From the NCBI GenBank assembly GCA_028826165.1, contig JAPDFW010000032.1, positions 1 to 61,196 on the forward strand: 61,196 bases of DNA, written 5' to 3'. This stretch comes from Anaeramoeba ignava BMAN. Lineage: Eukaryota > Protista > Anaeramoebae. The notes beneath the pieces are model-generated. The model did no database searches. It had not been told where the DNA came from and saw only the letters and a list, made by a program, of their open reading frames with translations. Every line of letters begins with the position of its first letter. The stretch's first letter is position 1. Positions 1 to 14,400 of the stretch are shown in pieces. The position numbers were made by a program, and so were the translations under genes.

Positions 1-3000
1 ATCGTTCATTGTGAAATTGTGAGAATAATTTTCTGAACGCCTGAGATTTTCTAGTTTCATAAGTGCCAATTCAACTGAAAAGAAAGCATTTAGCATTTTT
101 GATTTCTTTTTGTGTCGTTTCTTTTCATCAATTAATAGGAAATCGCTTCGTTTTGATTAAAAACTTGGGGTTTTCTGAACGAATATTTTGCGATTGTTTT
201 ACCAAGAAAAATCAAATTTTCAGGAAGTGAAGAAAATTCTGAAATGGAATTTGCACTAAAATTCTTTTGCAAATGTTTCTATATTTTTGCTGTTTTGTTT
301 TTGACTTTGTTTTGGTGTTTTTGCGGGTGTTTCTGTTTTTAACTTTGCTGCAATTTTTCGTTCTCATTTGTTTTCGGTTCATTTTCACTTTTGTAATTTC
401 TCTTCATCTTCTTTATTACTTATACTTGAACTTCTTTGTCTTGTTTGATTTTGCTCTTTTTATTGCTTAAACTTGATGTTCTTGAACGAACTGAAACGTT
501 GTTATTGTTTTTATTCTTGTTTTTATTCTTATTCTCATTTGCTCTTTTGTTGAAGTGGTTTTGATGCTAAAAATGGGATTGGAGCCCTTTCCTAATTTCA
601 TCCTCTTTCTAATGGTGTTGATTTTGGTTGTTCTTTTTCTTTCTCACTGTCATCACTTTCATCTTCATTTTCATCTTCATTTTTCACTTTCATCATCACT
701 TTCTTGATTTTGATTTTGATTTTGATTTTTATTTTTATTTTTATTTTTATTTTCATTTTTATTTTCATTTTCATTTTTATTTTCATTTTCATTTGATTCC
801 TTTTTTTCTTTTTCTTCTTGTTTATCTTTTGTTTCTTCTTTTTCTTCTTGTTTATCTTTTGTTTCTTCTTTTTCTTCTTGTTTTTCTTTTGTTTCTGTTG
901 ATTCATTTGTTTGTTTATCAGCAATTTTAATTTTATCAATTGAAATATAAAATAAAAGTGTTGAATTTGGTGGAATTTTATCAACTGTATTATTTCCGTA
1001 TGCAAGTGAAGGTGGAATTAATAATATTCTTTTGCCTCCTTTTAGCATTTTCGGGATTCCTATATTCCAACCTTTTATAATTTCCAAATAAATTTTCAAA
1101 TAAATTTTCAAATGAATTTCCAAATAAATTTTCAAATGAATTTTCAAATAAATTTTCAAATAAATTTTCAAATGAATTTTCAAATAAATTTTCAAATGAA
1201 TTTCCAAATAAATTTTCAAATAAATTTTCAAATAAATTTTCAAATAAATTTTCAAATAAATTTTCAAATGAATTTTGAAATAAATTTTCAAATAAATTTT
1301 CAAATAAATTTTCAAATGAATTTTCAAATGAATTTTAATTTTAATTTTAATTTTAATTATAATTTTAATTTTAATTTTTATTTTGATTTTAATTTTAATT
1401 TTAATTTTAATTTTAATTTTAATTTTAATTTTAATTTTATATTTAATTATAATTTTAATTTTAATTATAATTTTAATTTTAAATTTTAATTTTAATTTTA
1501 AATTTTATATTAATTATAATTATAATTTTAATTTTATTTATAATTATAATTATAATTTTAATTTTAATTTTAATTTTAATTATAATTTTAATTTTAATTT
1601 TAATTATAATTTTAATTATAATTTTAAATTTAATTATAATTTAAATTTAATTTTAATTTTAATTTTAATTATAATTTTAATTTTAATTTTAATTTTAATT
1701 TTAATTTTAATTTTAATTTTAATTATAATTTTGATTTTAAATTTAAACCTTTTATTATCTTTTGTGATCCTAATTCAAATCTAAATGGTTTTTTTTTATC
1801 AAAACTTGAATCAAATTTTGGACCAATTTTATATTGAATAGAAGAATCAATTAACCAACCAGAATAAGAAACTTGAATTTGAGTTCCTGTTAAAATTGGA
1901 TCACCTTCTCCTTTACTTAAATCAAAAATTGAAACATCATCTTTTTTATAAATATCTGAATTAATTAAAATTTGAATAAGTGCTAATTGACTAACAAATT
2001 GTATTAAATCAGTTTGATTTTGAAATTTCATTGAAATATTTTGTCGATTATCATCAACTAATGCTAAAAAAACCTCTTTTTGTATCTTTTATATTTTTAA
2101 TATTAATTTTAATTTATTTTAATTTTAATTTTAATTTTTATTTTAATTTTAATTTCAATTTTAATTTTAATTTTAATTTTAATTTTAATTTTAAATTTAA
2201 TTTTAATTTTAATTTTAATTTTAAATTTTAATTTTATTTTTAATTTTAATTTTAAATTTTAATTTTAATTTTGGTTTTAATTTTAATTTTAATTCTAATT
2301 TTAATTCTAATTATAATTTTAATTGATTTTATAAATGAATTTTAAATTTTAAATTTTAATTTTTAATTTTAATTTTAATTAATTTTAATTCTAATTATAA
2401 TTTTTAATTTTAATTTTTGAATATTAATTTTTATATTAATTTTTGATTTTAATTTTTAATTTTAATTTTAATTTTAATTTTAATTTTAATTTTATAAATG
2501 AATTTTTATTTTTAATTTTAATTTTTAATTTTAATTTTAAAATTTAATTTTAATTTTAATTTTAATTTTATTTTTATATTAAATTTTAATTTTAATTTTA
2601 ATTTTAATTTTAATTTTTAATTTTAATTTTAATTTTAATTTTAATTTTAATTTTAATTTTAATTTTAATTTTAATTTTAATTTTAATTTTATTTTTATAA
2701 ATGAATTTTAAATTTTAATATTAATATTAATTCTAATTATAATTTTAATTTTAATTTTGAATATTAATTTTTATATTAATTTTTGATTTTAATTTTTAAT
2801 TTTAATTTTAATTTTATTTTTAATTTTAATTTTTATTTTTATTTTAATTTTAATTTTAATTTTAATTTTAATTTTAATTTTAATTTTTAATTTTTAATTT
2901 TAATATTAATTTTAATTTTAATTTTAATATTAATTTTAATTTTAATTTTATATTTTAAATTTTAATTTTAATTTTAATTTTTAATTTTAATTTTAATTTT

Positions 3001-3594
3001 AATTTTAATTTTAATTTTAATTTTAATTTTAATTTTAATTTTAATTTTAATTATAATTTTAATTTTAATTTTAATTTTGATTTTAATTTAAATTTAAATT
3101 TTAATTTTTATTTTTAATTTTAATTTTAATTTTAATTTTGATTTTAATTTAAATTTAAATTTTAATTTTATTTTAATTTTAATTTTTAATTTTAATTTTA
3201 ATATTGATTTTATAAATGAATTTTAATTTTATAAATAAAATACAGTATAAGAAATTGAAGGTTGAATTGAAATTCTAGAAACAGGAGGTTGATTTGGAGA
3301 ATAAATTAAAATAAAAAAATTCTTATAATTCAAAGAAGAAATAATTGAAGCAATTGTTTCACCGTATTCATCATATTTCTTTTTTGGCGGGGATTAAACC
3401 GATAAAATAGAATTCTAACATGTTATATAAAAAGTAATAATCTTTTCTTGAGGTTGAGGATTTTTTACTGGCTTTCTTATTTTTTTTTGATATGTAAATG
3501 ATATATTTTCATTGCCAGTTTTCTTGGCTTGATCACTCATTCCAAAAAGATTTGATAATCGTTGACTAGACTTTGCAGTATTTGGATAATCCAT
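1..3594 (-). CDS. FKBP15: FKBP15/FKBP133-like peptidyl-prolyl isomerase (N-terminal WH1/PH-like region, FKBP domain, acidic/coiled tail); 3' end runs off the window; several apparent indel errors
   Basis: ATG at 3594 (MDYPNTAKSSQRLSNLFG). Exons about 3594-3244, 2085-1749 and 1071-<1, with GT-AG introns 3243-2086 and 1748-1072. Spliced product has LVDDNRQNISMKF and the FKBP motifs VSYSGWL, KFDSS, FELGSQKIIKGWNIGI, ILLIPPSLAYG, IPPNSTLLFYI. Frame breaks near 3385-3420, 680 and 590. Confidence 0.7.
1081..1740 (-). repeat. Intronic satellite: 12-mer (sense AAAATTYATTTG) plus (AAAATT)n
   Basis: Visible tandem periodicity inside FKBP15-like intron 2; source of the spurious KIYL and NFQI ORFs. Confidence 0.95.
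2100..3240 (-). repeat. Intronic (AAAATT)n hexamer satellite
   Basis: (AATTTT)n on + strand filling FKBP15-like intron 1, with an internal ~100-nt duplication (about 2385-2480 and 2728-2815). Confidence 0.95.
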
Positions 3595-3784
3595 TAAATT
3601 TTTGGTTTTTAAAAAGAAAAATGAAAAATTAAAAATTGAAAAAAAAAAAATTTTTCGTTTTTAGAAAAGAAAATTTTGTTTGAATTTAAATTTGGAACTG
3701 AAATTCTTTCTCAAAAAAATTTCTTCTTTTCCTTCTTTTCATTTTTTTTCATTTTTCATTTTTCATTTTTCTTTTTACTTTTTA

Positions 3785-6700
3785 ATGGATTCTTTTCTTT
3801 TTGAATTAAAAATTTTTAAAGAAAAAGGTGTTTGTTTAATTTCAAAAAAAGAATTTCAATTATTAACACAAGGAAATTTTTTAAATACATCAAAAAAAAA
3901 TCAAATTTCACCAAAAGAAACTAATTTAATTCTTGATCAACTTCCTCCAGAAAGTAGATTCAATTCAATATTCAATATTCAATTCAATATTTAATATTCA
4001 ATTCAATATTCAATATTCAATTCAATATTTGATTCAATTCAATATTCAATTCAATATTCAATTCAATATTTAATATTCAATTCAATATTTAATATTCAAA
4101 TCAATATTTAATATTCAATTCAATTCAAATCAATATTTAATTCAATTCAATTCAATTCAATATTTAATATTTAATTCAATTCAATATTCAATTCAATATT
4201 CAATTTAATATTTAATATTCAATATTTAATTCAATTCAATCTTTAATATTCAATATTCAATTCAATATTCAATATTTAATTCAATATTTAATTCAATTCA
4301 ATATTCAATTCAATTTTAATATTCAATTCAATATTCAATATTTAATTTCAATATTCAATATTTAATTCAATCTTTAATATTCAATATTCACCCAATATTT
4401 AATTCCAATATTTAATATTTAATTTAATTCACCACCAATATTTAATTCAAATATTTAATATTTAATTTAATTCAATTCCAATTCAATATTTCAATTTTAT
4501 TCAATATTTAATTCTATTTAATATTCAATATTTAATTCAATTCCAATATTCATTCAATTCCAATATTTAATATTTAATATTCAATATTCAATATTCAATT
4601 TAATATTCAATAATCAATATTCAATAATCAATTCAATATTCAATATTTAATATTTAATTCAATATTTAATATTTAATTCAATATTCACCAATATTTAATT
4701 CAATATTTAATATTCAATATTTAATATTTATTCAATTCAATATTTAATATTCAATTCAATATTTAATATTCAATATTTAATTCACCAATATTCAAATCAA
4801 TTCAATTTTAATATTCAATTTAATATTTGAATTTAATATTTAATTTAATATTCAATTTTAATATTCAATTTAATATTCAAAATCAATCATTTAAAATATT
4901 CAATATTCAAATTTTATTCAATTCAATATTCATATTCAATATTCAATATTCAAATTCAATATTCAAATCAATATTCAATTTCAATATTCAATTCAATATT
5001 TAATATTCAATATTCAATTCAATATTTAATATTCAATATTATTCTCCAATATTTAATATTCAATATTCAATTCAATATTTAATATTCAATATTCAATTCA
5101 ATATTTAATTCAATATTCAATTTAATATTTAATTCAATATTCAATCAATTTTAAATCAATTTAAATCAATTCAATATTCATATAATATTTAATTCATTCC
5201 AATATTCAATATATTTAATATTCAATTTAATATTCAATATTCAATATTCAATCCAATTCAATATTTAATATTCAATTTAATCAATATTTATTTAATTCAA
5301 TATTCAATTTTAATATTTATTCCAATATTTAATATTAAATATTCAATATTTAATTCCAATATTCAATTCAATATTCAAATCAAATTCAATATTTATTCCA
5401 ATATTTAATATTTTAATTCATTCAATATTCAAATCAATTCAATTTTTAACATTCAATTTTAATATTTAATTCAATATTTAATATTCAATATTCATTTAAT
5501 ATTTTAATATTCAATTTCAATTCACCCAATATTTTAATATTCAATTCATTCATTCAATATTCAATATTCAATTTAATATTCAATTTAATATTCAATTTAA
5601 TATTCAATATTCAATTCAATATTCAATATTTAATTCAATTCCAATATTCAATTTTCAATATTCAATTTAATATTCAATATTCAATTCAATATTCAATATT
5701 TAATTCAATTCAATATTCAATTTAATATTTATTCCAATTCAATATTTAATATTCAAATCAAATCAATATTCAAATAAATTCATTCAATATTCAAATAAAT
5801 TCAATTCAATATTCAAAATAAATTCCAATTCCAATATTTAATTCAATTCAATATTGAATATTTAATATTTAATATTTAATATTTAATTCCAATAAATATT
5901 CAATTCAATATTTTAATTCCAATATTCAATATTCAATATTCAATTCAATATTTAATTCAATTCAATATTTAATATTCAATTCAATATTCAATATTTAATT
6001 TAATTCAATTCAATTCAATTCAATATTTAATTCAATATTCAATTCAAATCAATATTTAATTCAATTCAAATCAATATTCATTCAATATTTAATATTCAAT
6101 TCAATTCAAATCAATATTTAATTCAATTCAATTCAATTCAATATTTAATATTTAATTCAATTCAATATTCAATTCAATATTCAACTCAATATTCAATTCA
6201 ATATTCAACTCAATATTCAATTCAATATTTAATATTCAATATTCAATTCAATTCAATATTTAATTCAATTCAATATTCAATTAGATATTCAATTCAATAT
6301 TTAATATTTAATTCAATTCAATATTCAATATTTAATATTCAATATTCAATTTATTTTTTATTTTATTTATTTTTTAATTTAATTACAAAAAAAAAATAAT
6401 ATAGTTTTAATTATGATTTGTCAATATTTATCTCCTGGAGCATTTACTAGATTGGGAATTACTTGCAAAGATTTTTACAATATTTTTAATGATCAAGAAA
6501 CTTGGAGAAAAATTGCAAAAATTTATCAAAATTTTTTCGTTTTTGATCGCTTTGAATTAGTACTTAATAATGATCCATTTTTCTTGGATAAAGAAAATTG
6601 CTTTGATTTAATTGGATTCCAAACAAATATTAACGAGGAAATTGAAAATATTTCAATCAGAAATCAAAATATAAATTTTCCAAATTTAGATCAAAAACAT

Positions 6701-7748
6701 TTTAAAGAAATAATCCAAAAAAGAGAAAAAAGAATTGAAAAATATTCTAATAATAATCAAACGGATAATTCAACAATTCTTGATGAAAAATTACATTATA
6801 GAGTTCCATTAATAAATTCAACAGAAGAAGAAAGAATTAAATTTATTAATTTATTAGAAAATCCAAAAAGAAGAAATGCTTGAAAAAGGCAAGAAAAATA
6901 TTCACTTTATTTTCTGAAGCAAAAATCAAATCAAAAAGAAAAATCAGAAAAATACGAAATATAAGAGTTTCCAAATTTGAATCAAAAACATATTTATATT
7001 TCAGTTTTTCCAAAAATGTATTAGTTTTGGAGCTTCAATTTATTTGATCTTGATTACTTTGAAAATTGAAAACAAAATCAATACAAAATTAAGTTATTTG
7101 ACTCTTTCCGTTTTGATTCCTTTGTTTCCTTTGATAGTTCTATTCTTAATTAATTTTGTGTTTGTGACTCTTGCAAAATTTGGATTGGATATTTATAATT
7201 TTTTTGTTTTATCTTTTACTTCAATTATGGTTTTTATTCAATTTCTTTTGATTGCTTTAAAAGTGGATGATTTTCTTAAAACTTCTTGGATTGTGATTTT
7301 TATCCCAATTCTCCTTGTCTTCGTGAACTTTGTAATTTATACAATTGTTATTCCAATAATCGAAGCTCATTTACAAAGAGAAGATTTTCTTTTGAGCATT
7401 TTTTTCTTTTTTTGGATCGTTTTCTTCATTTTCTTAGGTTTAAAAATTGATGAAAAAATCAAATGGAATTTTGGAATTATTTTTATTCCACTTTTTCTTC
7501 AAATTGTCGCTTATTTAATTTCACTTTTTCGACCTAGAACTTTGAGACAAATGAATATTTTTGCAATCATTTTATATTCTGTTATTTTTCCTTTTATTTG
7601 GATTGTAATTTCAATTTTGTTTATTCTTTATTTGGAAAAAATTGGAATTAATCATGTTTATTATCCTTTGATTCCTTTTTATTTTGCTTGTTTGATTCTT
7701 GATATTGGTTTTGTTATTCTTATTAAAAGAGAAATTCAAGAATTTTAA
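3785..7748 (+). CDS. F-box protein with a C-terminal multi-pass membrane region (TMEM185/Fragile-X-F-like repeats); frameshifted at about 6860-7040
   Basis: ATG 3785; intron 3954-6404 (GTAGAT...AATAG) joins LDQLPPE to ILIMICQYLSPGAFTRLGITCKDFYNIFNDQETW, a typical F-box. ORF 7044-7748 repeats the motif LK(I/V)D....W...FIPL three times between hydrophobic helices. Confidence 0.7.
3960..6350 (+). repeat. 2.4-kb intronic satellite of TTCAA / TTCAATA / TTTAATA units
   Basis: Essentially G-free tandem array inside the F-box intron; block ~4121-4203 recurs at ~6102-6184; the centre is noisy. Confidence 0.95.
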
Positions 7749-7877
7749 TTCAAAATAAATAATAATTAATAATTGAATTTTGATTTTGATTTTGATTTTT
7801 ATTTTGAAAGAAAAAGAAAAATCTTTTTTTTTTTGAAAATTTGATTAAAAAAAAAAAGTTTCATTGATTAATGAAAA

Positions 7878-10800
7878 TTAATTTGAAACGATATTTTTTT
7901 GGAAATAATCAATGAATAAAAGAAGAAAACTTTTATCTTCTGATTTAAAAGTAGCATTTAAAAAATTTTGATTTAAATCAACTATAATTTCAATAAGAAC
8001 AAAATAATTTGTTTGAGATTTTTGAGAATAAGTATAAATTTTAAGTTGATTTCCAACAACACCAGAAGCCATAACAAAAATACGGTTAGAAATTAATTTC
8101 TTTTCAAAATCAGATTTGTTTTGTATTTTTGATTGAAGTTGGAATTTATGAGTTTTTTGATTTTGAATATTGACCCATTTTTGTTGATAAGATTGTGGGT
8201 TAATTTCAGCTACTTTTTCAAGAATATGTTCTTGAGTAGTTTTTTTAGGAGGTTCTGAATAAAGATCTCCAAGTAAATCTTGTTTTTTTGTTGGTGAAAC
8301 AAATTGATTTTGATTTTGATTTTGATTTTGATTTTGATTTAAATTTTGATTTTGATTTTGAAGTAAATTATCATCTTCACTTGAATCTTCATTTGAATTT
8401 TCATTTGAATTTTCATTTTCATTTTCATTTTCATTTTCATTTGAATTTTCATCTTCATTTTCATCTTCATCTTCATCTTCATCTTCATCTTCATCTTCAT
8501 CATCTTCATACTCATCTTCAATTTTCTTTTTTTGTAAATTAATTTGATCATATGGTTTTCCATAAATAACAGAAAGTGTATTGAATTCAAACATCAATTT
8601 TTCATGAAGTTCAGTTAAATCTTCTTCAACAAAATTTCGAAGTTCTTCTTTTTGACTCAAAACAATTTTTTTTGCCTTTTCAAAATCTGTACTTAATAAT
8701 CTATAATAAAAAATAGCTTTATCATGAACATCAACATGTGAAAAATCATTTGTTGCTAAATCAAGCAATTTGCCAAGAATTTTTTGGCATTCAGGAGGTC
8801 TTTTAAAAAATAATTTCATAAGAGCGTTTAATAATTGAATTTTAACAAAATAAGATTGTTCCGATTTGTAATCCTCGACAAAAGCCTCGAGAACATATGG
8901 AGCGTCAAGGAAATTCTGGCCAAACTCGCCAAGCATCCAAATCAAAGAAGCCTTTGCTTCTGGATCTTTGATTGTTTGGATGTCGATTCTTTTGAATTCG
9001 TTGAAAAACTCTTGCGCAGAATCGGGATGAATTCTGATAATATCCTTAAGAATAGAAAGGACGCTTTCCGTTAAATAACTGATTTCAAGTTCGATAAAGG
9101 AAAACAATTGAACCACAACAATGTCAGTCCAAAGAGGGAGTTTGATTGTGATTCTTCCGATCACTGTTATTCCATATTTCGCAATCTCAGGCGAATTATT
9201 TGGATCGGTTACATAATGAGATAATTCAACAATAATTTCTTTGAAATTTTTCTGTGTTGTCAAAACACTTAAAATATCCATCTTGATTTTTTTTGTATAA
9301 TCTGGATCGTTCATTCTCAAATAAAATTTCTTAAAATCATCTTGCCAAATTGTGGGGAATTGAGTTGCAATTAAAAAAATGTGTTTGAGAACTGAGAAAG
9401 AAGATTCTTTATGAGATCCAAGAGAAAGCGTTAATAACGGAATTTTGAGTCTTTCATAAATTTGCTGTTTGAGTTGTGGCAGATCCTCAGTCATATTTAA
9501 AAACACTTTTGCTGCCGCAAGCGACAATGCACTGTTGACATTCTGCAGCGAATTTTCTAGGAGATTCATGATATCAAAGCATTCTTGTTCGGATTCTGGA
9601 GCATATTTAGCTGCCAATTGAAGAACTATTATTTTTCCCCATTCAGTGAAGTCATCCAATCGATTCAATAAATGTATCATTATTTGTCTGTTTAGTGACA
9701 TTCCTCCTTCATCCATTAATATTTCATTCAGTGCGACTATAGAATTTATTACAACTTGTGCGTCGATATCTCGAAGCATTTCGTATAATTTTGTGATGAT
9801 ATCGCTCCCTTTTACAAGTGTTTCTTTGATTTTGTATAATTTGATTGTGGATATTACTGCTACTCTTCGTACATATGCTGCTTTGTCAACAAGTCCAGCT
9901 CTGATTGGTGTTGGCAAGTATTCAATCAATTTTGGGTGTTGTCTAAATAATTTCCAAATAATTTTTCAAATATTTTAATTTTAATTTTAATTTTAATTTC
10001 AATTTTAATTTTGATTTAAATTTTAATTTTAATTTTGATTTTAATTTTAATTTTAATTTTAATTTTAATATTAATTTCAATTTTAATATTAATATTAATT
10101 TTAATTATAATTTTAATTTTAATTTTAATTTTAATTTTAATTTTAATTTTAATTTTAATATTAATATTAATTTTATAAATGAAATTTAATTTTGATTTTA
10201 ATTTTAATTTTAATTTTAATTTTAATTTTAATTTTAATTTTAATTTTAATTTTAATTTTGATTTTAATTTTAATTTTAATATTAAATTTTAATTTTAATT
10301 TTAATTTCAATTTAATTTTTAAATTTAATTTTAATTTTAATTGTAATTGTAATTTTAATTTTAATTTTAATTTTAATTTTATAAATGAATATTAATATTA
10401 ATATTAATTTTAATTTTAATTTTTAATTTTAATTTTAATTTTAATTTTTAATTTTAATTTTATAAATGAATTTTAATTTTAAATTTAATTTTAAATTTAA
10501 TTTTAATTATAATTATAATTTTATAAATGAATTTTAATTTTAATTTTAATTTTAATTATAATTTTAATTTTAATTTTAATTTTAATTTTAATTTTAAATT
10601 TAATTTTAATTTTAAATTTAATTTTAATTTTATAAATGAATTTTAAATTTAATTATAATTTTAATTTTAATATTAATTATAATTTTGATATTAATTTTAA
10701 TTTTAATTTTAATTTTAATTTTAATTTTAAATTTAATTTTATAAATGAATTTTAATTTTAATTTTTTACAAAGATGATAAAGAACGTAAAGCTAATCCTC

Positions 10801-11212
10801 TAATCATAGGATCACTGTTATTACAGTCATTATGCAAAGTATTAATAGCCAGAAGTGATAATGAAGGTTTTTTTCTAGCATAAGTTGCAAGATATAGATA
10901 AATCATTTTCTTTTGAACAATATCAGTTGTTTGACAAGCCTAATACATAAAATCAAAACCAATTTTTTATTGACATTCATTTTTATGAAATGGAATATTT
11001 AATTAATATTTATTTTCATTATCAATTTTTTATTAATTTTTTATCAATTTTTTAATTTTTACAGAAACAACATCAGTAAATAAACTAGAAACATCAACTC
11101 CAAGTGTCATTGCGCCTATTATTTTTTGTAGAACATCTCTTCTTTTAGTAAGATCATTGGATGAAGTACTTTGAAGTAGTTGTCTATAATCATATGGATC
11201 TGGTTTTGACAT
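7878..11212 (-). CDS. AP4B1: AP-4 adaptor complex subunit beta
   Basis: Exons 11212-11063, 10939-10770, 9942-7878; GT-AG introns splice in frame. Beta-adaptin motifs [82 protein letters not shown] and a short appendage (FVMASG) fit the beta-4 subtype. Confidence 0.9.
9975..10765 (-). repeat. Intronic (AAAATT)n satellite with embedded ATTCATTTATAAAA motifs
   Basis: Fills AP4B1 intron 2 (10769-9943). Confidence 0.95.
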
Positions 11213-11407
11213 TTAAAAAAGAAGAAAAAAATTTCTTTTAATTTCTTTTAATTTCTTTTTTTTTTTATTGTTTTTAAAATGAAAGGAAAAAAATGAAAAA
11301 AAAAAATTGAAAAAAAAAATTAATTTTTAATTAAAAAAAAAAGCAAAAAAAAAAAAAATTTTTTCATTTTTTTCCTTTTTTTAAAAAGTAAAAAATATAA
11401 AATAAAA
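11213..11407. promoter_or_regulatory. Putative ~195-bp bidirectional promoter (AP4B1 / WDR11)
   Basis: Divergent ATGs at 11212 and 11408; TTTCATTTT elements on the - strand (about 11277-11300) and + strand (about 11361-11371). Confidence 0.55.
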
Positions 11408-14400
11408 ATGAATCAAATACTTTATTCAATTATTCCTGGAACTATTACAAAAATTAATGAAAGTAATTAATCAAATTTTCTCCTTATTTAAAATTAAAAG
11501 AAAAATATAAATTAAAATCATTTAAAAATTGATTAAAAAAAAAAATTCACACACATACAAAAAAAAAGATGCAATTAATTGGGGTTTACAAGGATTGATT
11601 GCATTTGGGTCACATTCTGCAATTGTAATTTTTGATCCAGTATCATTTTCAATTTTACAAGTTCTTGATGGACATGATTCTGAAGTTGTTTGTGTTCAAT
11701 GGTAAATTTAACAATTAAATTATAAATAAAATTATAAATAAAATTATAAATTAAATTATAAATAAAATTATAAATAAAATTATAAATAAAATTATAAATA
11801 AAATTATAAATAAAATTATAAATTAAATAATAAATTAAATTATAAATAAAATTATAAATTAAATTATAAATAAAATTATAAATAAAATTATAAATTAAAT
11901 TATAAATAAAATTATAAATAAAATTATAAATAAAATTATAAATAAAATTATAAATAAAATTATAAATAAAATTATAAATAAAATTATAAATAAAATTATA
12001 AATAAAATTATAAATAAAATTATAAATAAAATTATAAATAAAATTATAAATAAAATTATAAATAAAATTATAAATAAAATTATAAACAAAATTATAAATA
12101 AAAATTATAAATTAAAAATTATAAATTAAATTATAAATAAAAATTAATAAATTAAATTATAAATAAAAAATTATAAATAAAATTATAAAATAAAATTATA
12201 AATTAAAATTATAAATAAAATTATAAATAAAATTATAAATAAAAATTCATAAAATTATAAATAAAATTATAAAATAAAAATTATAAATAAAATTATAAAT
12301 AAAATTATAAATAAAATTATAAACAAAATTATAAATAAAATTATAAACAAAAATTATAAATAAAATTATATAAATAAAATTATAAATAAAATTATAAATA
12401 AAATTATAAATAAAATTATAAATAAAATTATAAATAAAATTATAAAAAAAAAATAAAATAAAATTATAAACAAAAATTATAAATAAAAATTATAAAAAAA
12501 AATAAATAAAAACAAAAATTATAAAATAAAATTATAAATAAAATTATAAATAAAATTATAAATAAAATTATAAATAAAATTATAAATTATAAAAAAAATT
12601 ATAAAATAAAATTATAAATAAAATTATAAATAAAATTAAAAAAAAATTATAAAATAAAATTATAAATTAAAATTATAAATAAAAATTATAAATAAAATTA
12701 TAAATAAAAAATTTCCATAAAATAAATAAAATTATAAATAAAATTATAAATAAAAATTATAAATAAAATTATAAATTATAAATAAAATTATAAATTAAAT
12801 TATAAATAAAATTATAAATAAAATATAAATAAAATTATAAATAAAATTATAAAAAATTAAAATTATAAATAAAAATAAAAATTATATAAATAAAATTATA
12901 AATAAAAATTATAAATAAAATTATAAATAAAAATTATAAATAAAATTATAAATAAAATTATAAATAAATAAAATTATAAATAAAATTATAAATAAAATTA
13001 TAAAATTAAAAAAATATAAATAAAAATTATAAATAAAATTATAAATAAAATTAAATTAAAATTATAAATTAAAATTATAAATAAAATTATAAATAAAATT
13101 ATAAATAAAAATAAATAAAATAAAAAAATAAAATAAAAAATATAAATAAAATTATAAATTAAAATTATAAATAAAATTATAAATAAAATTATAAATAAAA
13201 ATATAAATAAATTATAAATAAAATTATAAAAAAAAATTATAAATAAAAATTATAAATAAAATTATAAATAAAATATAAATTATAAATAAAATTATAAAAT
13301 AAAATTATAAATAAAATTATAAATAAATAAAATTATAAATAAAATTATAAAATAAAATTATAAATAAAATTATAAATAAAATTATAAATAAAATTATAAA
13401 TAAATTTATAAATAAAATTATATAAATAAAATTATAAATAAAATTATAAATAAAATTATAAATTAAAATTATAAATAAAATTATAAAATTAAAATTATAA
13501 ATAAAATTATAAATTAAAAATTATAAATAAAAAATAAAAATAAAATAAAATTATAAATAAAATTATAAATTAAAATTATAAATAAAATTATAAATTAAAT
13601 TATAAATAAAATTATAAATAAATTAAATTATAAATAAAAATTATAAATAAAATTATAAAATAAAATTATAAATAAAATTATAAATAAAATTATAAATAAA
13701 ATTATAAATAAAATTATAAATAAAATTATAAATAAAAATAAATAAAAATAAAAATAAATAAAAATATAAAATAAAATAATAAATAAAAAAATAAATTAAA
13801 ATAAAAATAAAAAAAAATATAAATAAAAATAAAAAATAAAATTATAAATAAATTATAAATAAAATAATAAATAAAATAATAAAATAAAATTATAAATAAA
13901 TTATAAATTAAATTATAAAATAAAATTATAAAATAAAATTATAAATAAAAATTATAAATAAAATATAAAAATAAAATAAAATATAAATAAAATTATAAAT
14001 AAAAATTATAAATAAAAATAAAATTATAAATAAAAATACAAATTATAAATTAAATTATAAATAAATTATAAATTAAAATAAAAATAAAAATATAAATAAA
14101 TTAAAATAAAATAAAATTATAAATAAAATTAAATAAAATTATAAATAAAATAATAAATTAAATTATAAATAAAATTATAAATAAAAATTATAAATTAAAA
14201 TTATAAATAAAATTATAAATTAAAATTATAAATAAAAATAATAAATTAAAATTATAAATAAAATTATAAATAAAAAATTATAAATAAAATTAAATAATAA
14301 ATTAAAATATAAATTAAATTATAAATAAAATTATAAATAAAATAATAAATTAAAATAAATAAATTATAAATAAAAATATAAATTAAATAAATTATAAATA

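Noticed and set aside
3385-3420. In-frame TAG and TAA in FKBP15 exon 1 as evidence of stop-codon reassignment
   Set aside because: An alternative frame reads plausibly (VRILFYRFNP) across the gap, the region is error-rich, and clean genes contain no in-frame stops.
6881-6883. TGA in the F-box gene as Trp/Sec readthrough
   Set aside because: The same frame closes again shortly after and does not reach the membrane ORF; frameshift errors explain it better. Conserved Trp positions elsewhere use TGG.
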